Positions 62,952 to 64,000 of a stretch of 64,000 nt of DNA are shown here, in pieces. The notes under the pieces are model-generated. The model worked only from the letters and a program-made list of their open reading frames with translations, was not told the DNA's origin and did not search any database. Numbering within the stretch: the stretch's first letter is position 1; each line of letters starts with the position of its first letter. A program made the position numbers and the translations under genes. This DNA comes from Candidatus Saccharimonadota bacterium (GTDB taxonomy: Bacteria > Patescibacteriota > Saccharimonadia > Saccharimonadales > Saccharimonadaceae): positions 1,663-65,662 of the forward strand of contig JAFZQB010000008.1 of the NCBI GenBank assembly GCA_017552385.1, given 5' to 3'.

Positions 62952-63686
62952 ATGAAATTTGGCATAAAAAATGTTGTAAAAATTATTGCGAATGGGCTAT
63001 TCCCTCCCCGATGCAGAGGATGTGGAGCGTCTGGAGAATATTTATGTGATTGTTGTAAAAAATACATAAGCGAGAACATGAAAGCACGGCAAGTTGGCAA
63101 TATGAGCGGTGGGCTAACTGCGGAATATCTGGGATTTAGAGATGAAATACTTGGCGAGTTGATTGAGGAAGCTAAATATGAGTCGGTTAGGGGTTTATTG
63201 CCAGAAATTGCAGAGGTAGTGTACGCGGGGTATTTTGAGAAATATGTGACGGAAAATGATGTAGGAAGCTTGATTCTGGTGCCGATGCCAACGAGTAGAC
63301 AACATGTTAGGGAGCGAGCGATAGATCATATGAACAGGATAGTTCTAGAAATTGAGAGATTATCTGATAATAAAATCCAACATACAAGATTGTTAGAGCG
63401 AGCTAAGGATACTGTGCAGATGGGGGCTAATGTAGTTTTGCGAAAGAAGCAAGCAAAAGAAGCGGTGAAAATTAATCCGCAATTTGTTTCGGATGATGGC
63501 AAGATAAATTTGGAGTATAGAAGTGCTAAGGTCGTATTGATCGATGATGTATGGACGACTGGGTCGAGCTTAATTGAGGCGGGGAAAATACTTAAAGAGG
63601 CTGGAGTTAAGAATTTGAAGCTAGTGGCGATAACAAAAAGTCGGGCTAGAAGGAGCCCGACTTTAAGACACGGCGAGATCTATTAA
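62952..63686 (+). CDS. ComF family protein (phosphoribosyltransferase-fold competence protein)
   Basis: N-terminal 4-Cys motif CRGCGASGEYLCDCC and PRTase motif VVLIDDVWTTGSSL. ATG 62952 (MKFGIK...) is preferred over the track's TTG 62931. Confidence 0.8.
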   Translation: MKFGIKNVVKIIANGLFPPRCRGCGASGEYLCDCCKKYISENMKARQVGNMSGGLTAEYLGFRDEILGELIEEAKYESVRGLLPEIAEVVYAGYFEKYVTENDVGSLILVPMPTSRQHVRERAIDHMNRIVLEIERLSDNKIQHTRLLERAKDTVQMGANVVLRKKQAKEAVKINPQFVSDDGKINLEYRSAKVVLIDDVWTTGSSLIEAGKILKEAGVKNLKLVAITKSRARRSPTLRHGEIY

Positions 63687-63690
63687 GTAA

Positions 63691-64000
63691 TTAGAACAAG
63701 CCGACGATGAAGTTGACGATTGCGTAAGAAAGAATAGCAATCACGAGGCCGATAAGGGCGTAAAGAATAGTGTTCTTCGCGTCGGTAACGGCTTTGGCGT
63801 CACCAGCAGAGAGGGCGTATTTGACGCCACCGATGATGAGCATGACGACGGAAATGAAACCGAGGACGTAAAGAATAGTGTTGGTGATATTGCTGATGAC
63901 CCCAGTGCCACTGTTGTTGATGAGGTCAGATGGCATGTCGTCAGTCTTAGCGGCATTGATGCCGTCGCGGACTGAAAGGGCCATAACTTTACCAGCGCTA
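63691..64000 (-). CDS. T4SS pilin-like protein, paralog 5; N-terminus runs off the window end
   Basis: VVMLIIGGVKYALSAGDAKAVTDAKNTILYALIGLVIAILSYAIVNFIVGLF. The frame stays open upstream of the listed Met (..SAGKVMALS..) and no signal peptide is seen yet. Confidence 0.8.
   Translation of the reverse strand, partial: SAGKVMALSVRDGINAAKTDDMPSDLINNSGTGVISNITNTILYVLGFISVVMLIIGGVKYALSAGDAKAVTDAKNTILYALIGLVIAILSYAIVNFIVGLF

Noticed and set aside
1-64000. CRISPR arrays, IS elements/transposases, rRNA operons, diversity-generating retroelements, alternative genetic code
   Set aside because: No short regularly spaced repeats, transposase- or RT-like ORFs, or rRNA-like sequence were seen. Long ORFs are uninterrupted with standard stops, so there is no evidence for UGA recoding.

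Overview
Dense, almost fully coding 64 kb chromosomal segment of about 44% GC in the standard genetic code. It spans the replication origin: jag-yidC-rnpA-rpmH, DnaA boxes, then dnaA-dnaN-recF.

Gene content suggests a small-genome, Gram-positive-type, episymbiont-like bacterium, most consistent with Saccharibacteria/Patescibacteria. The supporting features are T4SS_pilin-type small proteins, type IV pilins, an LCP ligase and no outer-membrane genes. This assignment is inference only.

Left to right the window contains:
- A truncated dnaK with two CIRCE operators.
- A type-IV-pilus minor-pilin operon, translationally coupled to three single-pass TPR-like proteins.
- Two CAT-anticodon tRNAs (initiator fMet and probable Ile2).
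- A membrane-anchored DsbA-like oxidoreductase and a SufS-like desulfurase.
- A 17 kb ABC-transporter-dependent cell-wall glycopolymer locus with glmM/glmS/galE, a priming transferase, 6 glycosyltransferases, Wzm/Wzt-like genes and an O-antigen-ligase-like gene.
- A ricin-lectin wall hydrolase.
- The origin region.
- An 11 kb Gram-positive-type type IV secretion operon (VirB6-, PrgI/VirB3- and VirB4-like genes plus a lysozyme+CHAP hydrolase), facing a divergent array of four VirB2-like pilin paralogs. A fifth pilin copy sits at the window end.

The most interesting signals are:
1. A pilin-like membrane hairpin fused to a secreted Cys/His domain.
2. Two paralogous two-gene modules (Cys/His domain protein plus single-pass membrane protein) that look like effector/immunity pairs. 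One is inside the T4SS operon.
3. The diversified pilin array, which carries an 82-bp perfect gene-conversion tract.
4. A T4SS with no relaxase, coupling protein or integrase in view.
5. Pervasive leaderless gene starts, with TGnTAnAAT placed 6-8 nt before the ATG.

No rRNA, CRISPR array, transposase or integrase was seen.
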